DNA from: an uncultured virus (IMG/VR IMGVR_UViG_3300035698_005365)
Taxonomy: Duplodnaviria; Heunggongvirae; Uroviricota; Caudoviricetes
Virus record (IMG/VR): IMGVR_UViG_3300035698_005365
DNA: 64,000 nucleotides
Reading direction: 5' to 3' (one strand)
The notes under the pieces are model-generated. The model worked only from the letters and a program-made list of their open reading frames with translations. It did no database searches and was not told the DNA's origin. Positions 1-9,701 of the stretch are shown here, piece by piece (the first letter of the stretch is position 1; each line of letters opens with the position of its first letter). Both the position numbers and the translations under genes were made by a program.

Positions 1-1648
1 CCTGTCCTCCATTTAAAGATATACTTCCACCAGATGCACCCATTTGAGTTCCGCCACCTGCTGTTTGAGTTATACTTCCACCTGCTGTTGCACCTGCACC
101 TGCTACATGGTTTATGTTTCCACCAATACCAGTGACTATCCCCGAAACACCAGCAGTAACGGAATATCCTGCTCCTGCTGCATTATTATTTGATTGTGCA
201 GTTCCAGTAAATGTAGCCAATGTTGAATCTGTAGCAGATGAAACTACATTTAATTTTGCGGTTGGAGAAGTTGTTCCTATTCCAACATTTCCATCGACAT
301 CAACACTTAAGGCAGGGTTGGGACTTCCATCACTTGCACTTAGTTCTGAATGTCTATGCAATGTGTCTGCCATTGAATCGTCTGTTAATACAAGATAATC
401 AGCATCTAATCTTAATAAATATTGAGTATGGTCATCATCGGACAAGCCCGTTAGGTTTCCGTGGTCTATGCTGCTCTCAAATGTGCTAAAGTCTATATCT
501 TCCCATTTTGAGGATGTTGTATTATAACTTAATAAAGCACTATTAGTTGGCGATGTTATTGTTGTATTACTAAGATTGTCTATTGTTGTAATATGCGGGT
601 TTGTTGTTAATCCACGGTGTGTTGTATTTAGCCCGAAGTCTACATATTCGGCAGCCGTTAGGTGCTTAAAATCTGCATTGTTTAATCCTGCTAAGTTATT
701 GTGAGTTACTGTGGAACCGAATGTTACCCATGCAGTTCCATTGTAAGTATAAACCTTATCTTCATCTTCTATCCATAAAGCAAATCCCTCTTCTGGTAAC
801 TGAAAATCCCATGAACTTCCATTCCATTGAGCTATGTCATCTTCATGTGTTGCCCAGTCTCCTGTAGCTGTAGCCGTAATAAGATATCTATCACTTGTAC
901 TTGGACTTCCAGGTGGTGTTGTTGTCATATCTATGACTGGTTCTTGCCATTTAATTCCCTGTACTAATGAATCAACATAATCTTTGGTTGTTAAGTGAGA
1001 ACCCATTATTGGTGTTACACCAGTTGTTACGCTATCGAATGTATAAGCTCCTGTGCCAAACGTACCTGCCGTTATATCACTCGCTGGTATATTAGATAAA
1101 CTTGAACCAGTATGCGTATGTCCTGGATTAGCACCACTTGTCACATTAGCTCCAACGATAGATGCTCCTGTAATTGTGTTCTGAACTGTAAGATTAGCAG
1201 ATGTCGCCCCTATAAAATTACTATTAGTAATATTTACATTACTTGTTTTAATATCTACATCAGCTGCAGCTGACACACCATCTGTATTATTAATCCTAAA
1301 TACACCACTCGCCGTATCAGATATTAAGTTTAATGTTGCCCCAGTTGGCGAAAATGTCCACGCGGGCACTCCAGAATTAGTTAATTGAATCTCTTCTGCT
1401 TGTAATGATATAATAAATCCATCTAGATCTATACTAGCTCCAGATAAAGTAAGCGACCCACTAGTACTTTTTATCCATGGCGTCCCTACATAACTTCCAA
1501 CAATTGCACTCCCTGCTACTGCCAGGTTAGTCATATCTCGAGATCCATCAATTAATAGATATTGAGTATGGTCATCCACTAAGAGATTTTGTAATAAGCC
1601 ATGGTCAGACACTCTGCCGTTATTTTGTAGAAGGATATTAGCTGTCAT
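1..1648 (-). CDS. Tail-fiber/virion structural protein with DUF2793-like segment and Gly-rich repeats (3'-partial, runs off the window edge)
   Basis: Not in the ORF track. ATG at 1648-1646 gives MTANILLQNNGRVSDHGLLQNLLVDDHTQYLL. The same frame gives sensible protein at the points checked down to position 2. Contains PSTSDRYLITATATGDWATHEDDIAQWNGSSWDF (DUF2793-like) and GGSIxxxxG repeats. BRE/TATA upstream. Confidence 0.75.
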   Translation of the reverse strand, partial: MTANILLQNNGRVSDHGLLQNLLVDDHTQYLLIDGSRDMTNLAVAGSAIVGSYVGTPWIKSTSGSLTLSGASIDLDGFIISLQAEEIQLTNSGVPAWTFSPTGATLNLISDTASGVFRINNTDGVSAAADVDIKTSNVNITNSNFIGATSANLTVQNTITGASIVGANVTSGANPGHTHTGSSLSNIPASDITAGTFGTGAYTFDSVTTGVTPIMGSHLTTKDYVDSLVQGIKWQEPVIDMTTTPPGSPSTSDRYLITATATGDWATHEDDIAQWNGSSWDFQLPEEGFALWIEDEDKVYTYNGTAWVTFGSTVTHNNLAGLNNADFKHLTAAEYVDFGLNTTHRGLTTNPHITTIDNLSNTTITSPTNSALLSYNTTSSKWEDIDFSTFESSIDHGNLTGLSDDDHTQYLLRLDADYLVLTDDSMADTLHRHSELSASDGSPNPALSVDVDGNVGIGTTSPTAKLNVVSSATDSTLATFTGTAQSNNNAAGAGYSVTAGVSGIVTGIGGNINHVAGAGATAGGSITQTAGGGTQMGASGGSISLNGGQ

Positions 1649-1695
1649 TTTTAAAGATATAAAAATTCTTACCTAATAATTAAGTTTTAAATTAT

Positions 1696-1712
1696 GCTTT
1701 ATAAAGGTTTCG
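1696..1712 (-). promoter_or_regulatory. Archaeal-type promoter (BRE + TATA)
   Basis: Minus strand reads CGAAACCTTTATAAAGC about 48 nt upstream of the ATG at 1648. Confidence 0.7.
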
Positions 1713-1753
1713 ATTGGCCACCATTGCTAGTGACCCGAAACTAGAAATTGTTT

Positions 1754-2038
1754 TTACTTTTTAAATTTAAATGATGGTTTTTGTTTAATTGGTTTACTTA
1801 CAGGGACTTCCTTAGGAACCTCTGCTGCAATACTAGTTGTTTCTGGGATACCAACCACATTTAATATTTTTCTTTCTTCACCACTAATGGTTAGATACTC
1901 ATCATACAAGATACTAATTTTTCCACTGCTAAATACACTATAACGGTTCATTCCATTATAATGTGTTGTAATTATAGCTCTAGATCTTCCAGTCTCTGCC
2001 TTTAATGAAATATCAACATATATATCTTTATTTCTCAT
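1754..2038 (-). CDS. Hypothetical protein downstream of the major capsid gene (possible head-associated protein)
   Basis: 94-aa ORF with AGGTGA RBS. Confidence 0.6.
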   Translation of the reverse strand: MRNKDIYVDISLKAETGRSRAIITTHYNGMNRYSVFSSGKISILYDEYLTISGEERKILNVVGIPETTSIAAEVPKEVPVSKPIKQKPSFKFKK

Positions 2039-2050
2039 TATAAATCACCT

Positions 2051-2084
2051 TAAAAAAAAGAATTGTGCCAGTATATCGGCACAA
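2051..2084 (-). terminator. Hairpin + T-tract terminator after the major capsid gene
   Basis: Minus strand TTGTGCC-gatatact-GGCACAA followed by TTCTTTTTTTT. Confidence 0.6.
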
Positions 2085-2099
2085 TAAAAATTACTACCC

Positions 2100-3086
2100 T
2101 TAAGCGTCGGCTGCTCTGATTAAAATTACAGAGTTTTTAACTAACACTTTCTGATCAAACATAAGATCAACTATGATATATGTTCCGTGTCTCCGAATGT
2201 CGTTCCAAGATCTGATCCTTTCTGCAGTAGACTTTCGTCCGTAAGCAGCTGAGATTTTCTTCTTGAATACAGCAACTGGATGTCCGCTATTAACATAAGA
2301 TGTCGTAGCTGAACCCACAGTTCCATTTACTAGTTCAGTGGATATAATTTCCATATTATCATAGCTTGTTAATTCGCCATTGATAAATGTAGCTTTATCA
2401 CTTACACGGTACGTATCATTTCGTAAATCAGTAGACTGATTGAATTGATTAAGTTGTGTTGGGTGCATTAAAACTGCATCTGGAATATATACGTCTGATC
2501 CTGTTGATAAGATAGCTTTCGCGTCACTTAAATCAAATGGTCCTAGAGTACTTCCTGTAACTACTGAGCCTGCAATTGTAAATCCACCAGCAGCGTAAAT
2601 ACGGCTACCTGATTCTCCACCGAGAGCGGTCTCACTTAATAGTGTGTTGTTGATAATCGTTCTATCCATGAAGCGCTGAGCTGCAACAGATAGTCGTTCA
2701 ACATGTTCGTCAAAGCTAGCTTTGTTAGTTAATAGCAAAGCTGTTTCTGTAACAAAGATTCCTGCACTACGTAGCACTGGTCGTAATTGAATGTAATCAA
2801 TTGCGCTGACAGATGACATTGATAGATCTGATCCTGTATCAGAACCTGTACCGCTTAAATCAGTAAATGATAGATCAAAGTTCTTAAATACTGGAACTGT
2901 TCCAATATCGACTTGACCATCAACTTCTACGCCACGCATAATGCCCTTTTGCTCAACTACTAGAGTTGGCATAGCTGCAATAACTGCGTCACTAAAAATC
3001 TGATCCACTGTACTTCCACCAACATCAAGGACTGCTCGTGTACTGGGAGTTCCAGTTACGTTTCCTAATTCTTGATAATGTTTCAT
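2100..3086 (-). CDS. Major capsid protein (HK97-like fold)
   Basis: Follows portal-protease-scaffold; about 328 aa; VLMHPTQ and GELTSYDNMEIISTE segments typical of HK97-fold capsid proteins; start moved to MKHYQEL behind AAGGTGAA RBS. Confidence 0.8.
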   Translation of the reverse strand: MKHYQELGNVTGTPSTRAVLDVGGSTVDQIFSDAVIAAMPTLVVEQKGIMRGVEVDGQVDIGTVPVFKNFDLSFTDLSGTGSDTGSDLSMSSVSAIDYIQLRPVLRSAGIFVTETALLLTNKASFDEHVERLSVAAQRFMDRTIINNTLLSETALGGESGSRIYAAGGFTIAGSVVTGSTLGPFDLSDAKAILSTGSDVYIPDAVLMHPTQLNQFNQSTDLRNDTYRVSDKATFINGELTSYDNMEIISTELVNGTVGSATTSYVNSGHPVAVFKKKISAAYGRKSTAERIRSWNDIRRHGTYIIVDLMFDQKVLVKNSVILIRAADA

Positions 3087-3102
3087 ACTTGTTTCACCTT
3101 TA

Positions 3103-3855
3103 TTAGTATTGTGGTATGTTACCACTATACTGGTTTTGTAATTTTTGAATTTTTTTAAATGCTATATCCGATGCAGATTCTTTTACCTCTGTTAAAGGTG
3201 TCTTCTCTGCTGGTTCTTCGGCTGGTTGGCTTGATGGTGTTACTGCCCGAGGTGCTGGAGTATTCTCAAGCTGAGTTGTAATCATGCCCTCAATTTCTCC
3301 TAATGCCTCTGGTCCTAGTTGCTTCAATGATTGAAACTTCTCTTCTGCGCCATCTTGTTTTAAAAGACCCGCAGTTACCATCTTGTTAACAATACTATTC
3401 ACGTACTGCCCATGCTCGTTATCTTTAGTTTCCTTTCGTTCTGCTTCGATAACTTCTAATCGAGCTTTAAATGTAACAAGCTCTTCATCCTTTTGTTTAA
3501 CACTAGCTTCCAATTTTGCACGCTCTATCTTGTCAATTTCTTCTTGCTTAAGCTTCTCTTCTGCTGATAATTTGCTATCGGCAATCTTCTTATTGTCGTC
3601 GACTATTTTCTTTGCTGCTGCTTGTTCTTTATTAAGCTTTAGCTTTGAATTTTCAGCGGCAATCTGCTCTGATTTCAATGTAGCGTTTTCAACTTCCAAT
3701 GCCTTCTTTTTTTGTTCGGCTTGTAGTCGTGCGTTCTCTTGTTCTGCCATCTTAATAGCAGCTTCACTTAATATACCTTGGCTCTCGGTTAATTTCTCTG
3801 TCATTTTATTCAACAACTCCGTGGCGTCTATACCACTGTTTTTTTTCTCTGTCAT
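3103..3855 (-). CDS. Capsid scaffolding protein (coiled-coil)
   Basis: E/K/A/Q-rich coiled coil with Pro-rich C-terminal linker, between protease and capsid genes; likely start MTEKKNS. Confidence 0.7.
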   Translation of the reverse strand: MTEKKNSGIDATELLNKMTEKLTESQGILSEAAIKMAEQENARLQAEQKKKALEVENATLKSEQIAAENSKLKLNKEQAAAKKIVDDNKKIADSKLSAEEKLKQEEIDKIERAKLEASVKQKDEELVTFKARLEVIEAERKETKDNEHGQYVNSIVNKMVTAGLLKQDGAEEKFQSLKQLGPEALGEIEGMITTQLENTPAPRAVTPSSQPAEEPAEKTPLTEVKESASDIAFKKIQKLQNQYSGNIPQY

Positions 3856-3868
3856 TTTTACTCCATCA

Positions 3869-4423
3869 TTACAATGGTTGAACGGATGCATTTCTGTCTT
3901 GTCCACTCATGACTAATGATAGTTCGTTGAAGTAAACCTCTGTTGCGGTCTTTACTCCATTGATAACTGATACTGAGGCACCTATACCTACAGATACAGC
4001 ATTTATAATTTTACTAAAGATCTTCTCTGATACTTTCTTTGCAGTTAAGATACCCTTCCAGACTATACCGCCTGCCGTTTCATCGTATACTGCTTCAGTA
4101 ACTTTGCCAACCTCGTTGCTCTCATTGATGTTATGCTTAGCTCCATTGGTTGCATAATCGAAATAAATCTTCTTACCAATCAACTTACTAGCATCTTGCT
4201 TTAATACTTCTTCAGTATATAAGGGGCCATCTCTATATGAGCCTGGGGTTAATGCAACTCCACCTACTAATGTACCGTCTGTTCCATTACTTAACTCTTG
4301 AACAACTTTAATATCAGATGATAGTTCCTGGTAAGCTGTAATTGAATTGACCTGTCGGTGGAATGACCGTCTGGTCTCGTCTAAGTTAGAAATGTAGTCG
4401 GTTAATTTATTAAGATATTCCAT
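3869..4423 (-). CDS. Prohead protease (HK97/herpes-like fold)
   Basis: GGVALTPG...YTEEVL, His in KHN, VGKV, AVSVG (catalytic Ser), FNELSLV; located between portal and scaffold. Confidence 0.75.
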   Translation of the reverse strand: MEYLNKLTDYISNLDETRRSFHRQVNSITAYQELSSDIKVVQELSNGTDGTLVGGVALTPGSYRDGPLYTEEVLKQDASKLIGKKIYFDYATNGAKHNINESNEVGKVTEAVYDETAGGIVWKGILTAKKVSEKIFSKIINAVSVGIGASVSVINGVKTATEVYFNELSLVMSGQDRNASVQPL

Positions 4424-4448
4424 TCTATTTAAATAAATATATTTAATT

Positions 4449-4464
4449 GTTTATAAGTTTTTCG
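4449..4464 (-). promoter_or_regulatory. Archaeal-type promoter for the protease-scaffold-capsid operon
   Basis: Minus strand CGAAAAACTTATAAAC about 25 nt upstream of ATG 4423 (near-leaderless). Confidence 0.65.
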
Positions 4465-4474
4465 TTTTTAAAGC

Positions 4475-5905
4475 CTATTCCGTAGGTAAAACGTTGATAT
4501 TCTCTGCAATTGGGTTCTGATTAGTGGCTGGTGGAGTCTTTCCAACATCTACTTGGTTTGAAACTTTAGTAGCTCGATCTTCAATTTCTACTTCATCGAA
4601 TTCTTTAAGAGCCTCTTTGATATCATATACTTGATCTTTTGGAATTAATGCAAATACATTTTTAGCTTCTTCTGTTAATCCGTTCTTTAATAGCTGTAGT
4701 GCTGAGTTAGTTAAGTTAAGAATTGCCAGCGACTTCTCTTTAAGTCTGTCAATGATAGCGTCTTCTGAATCAATAGAATCATTTAGTTTAAATTTTGGGA
4801 AGTCTTTAAAGTCTGCCCCGAACTTCATCTTACAAGCAGGCTCTATAATCTGAGCATTAATAGTTTGCTCTAGTTTAAATTCATCAGCCATATTATCATC
4901 ACGTAAGAAATCTGTCTGCTCTCGTAATGTAGCCTTGTTAGTAGAAGTTCCATCTAATAAGATTAGCGGCTTAGGAATACCAAGCTTAACAGCCAGCAAG
5001 CTAATAAACCTATCATGATAATCAACGAAGTTGGTTAATCCCGGGTTTATAATATCAACGTCATTACCTTCAGTCATAATGATTGAGTCACGATCATTGA
5101 TATTAGCTACTTGTGCTGCAAACTTCTCCAAATCTGCGCGCTCTCTAATTGTTGTTGTAAATTTATATCGAGGATTAGCAGTTCTGTATCCCGCTTCTGC
5201 GGCTGCACTCTCGATGTTAAGAACATAATTTAGAATATTAATAATATAACGGATGACTGAAATGCCCTCTACTTCGTCGCCCCATAGATCAAATGCAAGA
5301 TGTGCAACTTTGTCTAATGCGATTCGCTCCCCTGTTGGTTCTATCCTACCACTAATGTATTGGTACTGCCTATACCCAACTGGCTCCTGCGTCCTCTCAT
5401 CTAATATAACATATAATTTATCTCCAGCATCTATATCAACTCTATTGAGTGGTTGCTTCCGCTCCTTATCAAAACTGAAGTATACTGGATGTATTGGTGA
5501 TAACTTGAGGACCTCTGTCCCTTCTTTGTTAGGTACTAGCTCTACGAACCCTGTCCCGAAACCATATCCATCTTCAACCCAACGCTTTACAAATGTAATG
5601 TCGCCAGACTCTGTAAATATATTCTGCATATATTCAACGGACTCTGTATGATCGCCAAGAACACTAAACCCGCGTGCCACCATACGATTGGCCTTGATCT
5701 CAATTCCCCGTGGAATAACTGGATGTAAGAATAATAGCTGCTCAATCTTTCTAAGATCCATGGCCTCAATCTTAATTTCAGACCTGCCACCGATAACTAC
5801 TGCCGTTGCAGCAACTTCTTTGTTTAATGTGCTTGGATCTATTGCCAGCTCCTGGTTTTCTATGCCTGCCACTGGAAAGTATTGAAATTTAGAATTATCT
5901 ACCAT
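4475..5905 (-). CDS. Portal protein
   Basis: 476 aa right after TerL; GFGTGFVEL, LSPIHP, GISVI, LGIPKPLI and TNKATL resemble portal motifs. Confidence 0.8.
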   Translation of the reverse strand: MVDNSKFQYFPVAGIENQELAIDPSTLNKEVAATAVVIGGRSEIKIEAMDLRKIEQLLFLHPVIPRGIEIKANRMVARGFSVLGDHTESVEYMQNIFTESGDITFVKRWVEDGYGFGTGFVELVPNKEGTEVLKLSPIHPVYFSFDKERKQPLNRVDIDAGDKLYVILDERTQEPVGYRQYQYISGRIEPTGERIALDKVAHLAFDLWGDEVEGISVIRYIINILNYVLNIESAAAEAGYRTANPRYKFTTTIRERADLEKFAAQVANINDRDSIIMTEGNDVDIINPGLTNFVDYHDRFISLLAVKLGIPKPLILLDGTSTNKATLREQTDFLRDDNMADEFKLEQTINAQIIEPACKMKFGADFKDFPKFKLNDSIDSEDAIIDRLKEKSLAILNLTNSALQLLKNGLTEEAKNVFALIPKDQVYDIKEALKEFDEVEIEDRATKVSNQVDVGKTPPATNQNPIAENINVLPTE

Positions 5906-5934
5906 TATTACCTATATATTAAATTTATTTTTAA

Positions 5935-5952
5935 GCTTTATAAACGTTTCGG
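5935..5952 (-). promoter_or_regulatory. Archaeal-type promoter for the portal gene
   Basis: Minus strand CCGAAACGTTTATAAAGC about 30 nt upstream of ATG 5905. Confidence 0.7.
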
Positions 5953-5961
5953 TTATCTACC

Positions 5962-7527
5962 CTAATCCTGCAATATAATGTGCGCAGGTGCTGTGTTCTC
6001 GCCCTGTGCAGCCAGATTGGCCAACCATAATGCATCCACAGTATCATCATGCCCACTGAGGGCCTCCATAGTTTCCTTCCCACGCTTAATACGAATACCG
6101 AATGCCACCAACTCCTCGTACAGTGCCCGCAACTCTGGGTACGTCTCGAACTCTACTGGACAATGAATACGTCCACGAGAGATTTCATTTTGTAAATATC
6201 TAATGGCCCCTTCCTTCTTGGGACGATCTGTCACAAACTCTTCAACATTAACATTACGTTTAATTAATTCTTGAATGAGTGCCACACCCACGTTGTTCTT
6301 TTCTACGAGGACAAGACATCTGTTAAAATCATTAGCCATCATCTCTAGAGTATCTATCTGTTTAGATACATCCATCCCCTTCACACGCTTGATATGAACG
6401 ACAGTCTTCGTACCATCAGTCTTATTAATACGTAATACTAAGAATGCTGAGAAATCTGCACTGACCGCTCCACTTGTTGCAACATCGGCTGCAATAACGT
6501 ACCTACCTTCTGGATCCCCTACCTCTTCCCACTCGGCACTCGGGTCCAAGAACTTTTTCTTAAGGAGGGTCATTGGGAAGATGGCCGTCTTATCACTAAG
6601 GCAGTGACACATGTATTCTTTTTGGAAACCCAGCTCGCCTTGCACTTCTCGTATTCTCATTAATTCCTCAAAACTAAGGAGGTCCGGTAGGAGGACCTCC
6701 TTCGTCTCCCAATTCTTGATGGCCCTAAAGACTTTAGAGTAAAAATATTTAGCTGACATCCCTCCATCTGAAATGAGAACCCCATGACGGTCTGTCATAT
6801 ATTCATGAAAGATATCATCTACGGACTGTGGCGTCCCCACTAGGAAGATACGCCCCTTCTTTCTTTGAACTGTAGGCAATACAGAGTTCTTAAAGTAATC
6901 AAAGATATATTCCTTAGAATATGTACCATCATCCCGCAATATATCGTCTGCAATGAGCAGATTAACATGTAGGCCTCGTACAACTCCACCGAGAGATCGA
7001 GTATAGACTGAAGATTTATTATACTCGATCTCATCTTGATTCCACTTGGCATCTTTGTCTGTCGGCCGCTTACTATCTAATAACTCGTTATCAGAGATGA
7101 TATCCTTTAGTTTCTTGAAATTATTAGAGACTTGCTTCGCAGTATTCCCTATTAATAGAACTTCGGCCCTCTGAAATAGAAATGTTATATAGATTGGGTA
7201 CAATATAGAAAAGAAGAAGCTTTTACCAAAGCCTCTTGAGGCCATGATGGCCGCCCTCGGTTCTTTTTTTACGATGGTCCAAAATTCACTGACTAATGGA
7301 TTCCATATTTTAATATCACTGACTGGATCCTTCCCCACAACAAACTCGGTAAAGTACCAGAAACCCATCTCCTTATCATAGAGCCTCTCGTAAAGAGATG
7401 CCAGCAAGGCAGCTCTTTCCTGGGCATCCTTGATTGTGGCACCCACGTCCAGGTCCACGCCCTTCTTTACCAACCAACTTCCATACTCGTAGAGTATATT
7501 GTCGATTGATCTGATATAATCTGACAT
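5962..7527 (-). CDS. terL: Terminase large subunit
   Basis: Walker A ASRGFGKS, RGLHVNLLIADD (Walker B), VGTP motif, nuclease domain IAADVA...DFSA and HDDTVDALW. Confidence 0.93.
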   Translation of the reverse strand: MSDYIRSIDNILYEYGSWLVKKGVDLDVGATIKDAQERAALLASLYERLYDKEMGFWYFTEFVVGKDPVSDIKIWNPLVSEFWTIVKKEPRAAIMASRGFGKSFFFSILYPIYITFLFQRAEVLLIGNTAKQVSNNFKKLKDIISDNELLDSKRPTDKDAKWNQDEIEYNKSSVYTRSLGGVVRGLHVNLLIADDILRDDGTYSKEYIFDYFKNSVLPTVQRKKGRIFLVGTPQSVDDIFHEYMTDRHGVLISDGGMSAKYFYSKVFRAIKNWETKEVLLPDLLSFEELMRIREVQGELGFQKEYMCHCLSDKTAIFPMTLLKKKFLDPSAEWEEVGDPEGRYVIAADVATSGAVSADFSAFLVLRINKTDGTKTVVHIKRVKGMDVSKQIDTLEMMANDFNRCLVLVEKNNVGVALIQELIKRNVNVEEFVTDRPKKEGAIRYLQNEISRGRIHCPVEFETYPELRALYEELVAFGIRIKRGKETMEALSGHDDTVDALWLANLAAQGENTAPAHIILQD

Positions 7528-7967
7528 TATATATCATCTCCACTAGATAATTTTGAATATATTTTTTGTTGGTTTGTATTCTCTGGATCAAAAATAATTA
7601 TAGCAGATGCAAACGGAGCACTCCCCTTATCGTCATTAAATTTTAACCTTCCACGAATAAACCATATCTCATTCGCCCGTAATATAAAATCGTGCCAATA
7701 TTTAGTGTCGCCCCTCACTGGTATCAAAAAAACAACTAGTTTATTTTTTAAATATTCTTCATACCCCTTCTCTATCCATTTAGAAATTTCCTTCCCGTAA
7801 GGAGGATTTACAAAATTCCTACTACCCCACGCCACATTTAACCCATCAAAGGATGGAACACTAGGGCATGGATCAAAATTAAAATTAAATTTGTTATTTA
7901 GTTTTTTATATAGAGCTCGTGGCGTATTCCAAAAGATTGAGTCCGATTTAAATATTACACGGGTCAC
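7527..7967 (-). CDS. Phage-type DNA N6-adenine methyltransferase
   Basis: W-x-TP, FNFDPC, FVNPPY, LIPVRGDTKYWH, IRGRLKF, APF. Confidence 0.88.
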   Translation of the reverse strand: MTRVIFKSDSIFWNTPRALYKKLNNKFNFNFDPCPSVPSFDGLNVAWGSRNFVNPPYGKEISKWIEKGYEEYLKNKLVVFLIPVRGDTKYWHDFILRANEIWFIRGRLKFNDDKGSAPFASAIIIFDPENTNQQKIYSKLSSGDDI

Positions 7968-8596
7968 TATTCATCACCCTCTTCCTCAGATGAATTAGTA
8001 CTATTGTTATTGAGATCTTCAGGCGAAATAACAATAGTACTCGCCACCTCTAGGATCTCGGCCCTCTTATCACGGTTCTGAGTCTCCATTGCCTCCCCTA
8101 TGGCACGCCCAACGTTGATATTGATTTCTTTACTGTCGGATAACATACCAGACACCTGTGCCCACAGCTTGAGGTTGTTGATCATAGAATTATGTAAGGA
8201 TGATACGCCCGAATAGTTTTTCTCATCACGCGCATCGTGTAACATGTCCAAGACGACGTCCTGCATCTGGGTGAGCGTCGTCTTGAATTTTACATTGGCG
8301 TCCACATGTCGAACGGCCGTCGCTGCATCGCCGCGTATGAGGGCCTTATTAATCTCTCCGTTCCGAATGAGAAAGAGATCAAGATCTTTTTTAGAGAAGT
8401 CTTGGTTAGGGTAAGTTGCTTGTAATTTCACAAGCACCTCCTGCCAGGTGTACCCGGCTGCCATCCACTCCATGACCTCGCCCTCCGCTTTACATTTTTC
8501 TATCTGGCTTACCGTCAACGGCAAGTCAGCAGATAGTGGGGCATAGTTTTCATAGATCTCGTTGGCATCTTCTTCAGAATTGTTTGGGCGCTTCAT
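7967..8596 (-). CDS. Putative terminase small subunit
   Basis: 209-aa helical protein first in the packaging operon; call is positional. Confidence 0.5.
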   Translation of the reverse strand: MKRPNNSEEDANEIYENYAPLSADLPLTVSQIEKCKAEGEVMEWMAAGYTWQEVLVKLQATYPNQDFSKKDLDLFLIRNGEINKALIRGDAATAVRHVDANVKFKTTLTQMQDVVLDMLHDARDEKNYSGVSSLHNSMINNLKLWAQVSGMLSDSKEININVGRAIGEAMETQNRDKRAEILEVASTIVISPEDLNNNSTNSSEEEGDE

Positions 8597-8760
8597 GTTT
8601 TGTGTCTCACAATTAATATAAGCTTTCCTTTCAGTTTGAAAGGGAAGAATAAGCGTGGTTCTCCCACGATTTGGAGGTTATCCTGCCCGGATGGCAAGAT
8701 ACTAGAGATGTGGCACTCAAAAAGTAACACATAGGATATATGATATTATATCTTTCATTC

Positions 8761-8776
8761 CTTATAAAGGTTGTGA
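8761..8776 (-). promoter_or_regulatory. Probable promoter of the packaging operon
   Basis: Minus strand TCACAACCTTTATAAG; the same CACAAyCTTTATAA motif occurs on + at 11726 and 12446. Confidence 0.5.
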
Positions 8777-9177
8777 TTTTGCCCTGATATAGGGCAATAT
8801 ATGGGGCATATCACCCATATATCGCCTATATTGCCCTGATATGGGGGCATAAGTCCCCCGATACGCCCAATATTTTTTATATGGTACCCCTATGAAACTG
8901 AAATTACCATTATCTTTTTTGATAATGGTAAACTGACACCCCCCCCCCCAACTACGCTCTCAGTTCCCTGATACGAAGATCTACTACGCCCAGGATGTTA
9001 TTGTGTTAATAACATCCTTTATAAAGGAACTGAAACGAAAATTTGGTACGTATATACCGCCGACCCCTACATACCAATTTTCCTGATGCCTAAGAGCAAA
9101 CAATATAGACACCCCAACCTATATATTCAAGACTCTATATATTTATAAAGAAAATTCCCCAAAAAACTACTATAATC

Positions 9178-9250
9178 AACAACAACAAAAAACAAAAACA
9201 AAAACAAAAACAAAAACAAAAACAAAAAAAACAAAAAACAAAAACTAAAA
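9178..9250 (+). repeat. (CAAAAA)n low-complexity tandem repeat
   Basis: caacaacaacaaaaaacaaaaacaaaaacaaaaacaaaaacaaaaac... visible directly. Confidence 0.9.
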
Positions 9251-9261
9251 GGTGAAATAAA

Positions 9262-9318
9262 GGTATATATGCCTTTTGTGTATATAAGCATATTATATAT
9301 ACAAAAGGTTTATATACT
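9262..9318. repeat. About 57-bp imperfect palindrome containing mirrored TATA-like elements
   Basis: CCTTTTGTGTATATAA (9272-9287) vs TTATATATACAAAAGG (9293-9308), one mismatch, with outer GTATATA/TATATAC arms. Confidence 0.8.
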
Positions 9319-9701
9319 TAACCTCCTTAAGTACTATTATAATTAAGCGTACATATATATAAGTAGTTTGGATTAACTACCCAAAGGATTTAAATTTAAG
9401 CATGGGAATGTTTGGGTTTAAGTCACGCATACACTACTGAGTAGTAGTATGCTGACATAAGGTTGAAACACTACCACTTCCTAGTGAGAACTAGGTTTAA
9501 AGCGACTGTAGTAATTATGGTAGTTGCAACGCGGCATATCCACCCGTACACAAAAAAATTCTAAATAAGAATCTATAAGGTCGTAAGACTGAAAAGAATC
9601 TTTAGGGCAATAATAAAATAACTTTTTTAATTATAAGTTTCTGACATAAATTTAGAGTGTCGTTTAAAGAAATCTAGATATAAATTTAAAGGTGAAATAC
9701 C

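Noticed and set aside
114..489. Plus-strand ORFs 114-398 and 238-489
   Set aside because: Antisense shadows of the long minus-strand fiber gene (1-1648), which has a promoter and recognisable motifs
3383..6166. Plus-strand ORFs overlapping scaffold, protease, portal and TerL
   Set aside because: Antisense shadows with Ser/Leu/Phe-rich composition and no RBS
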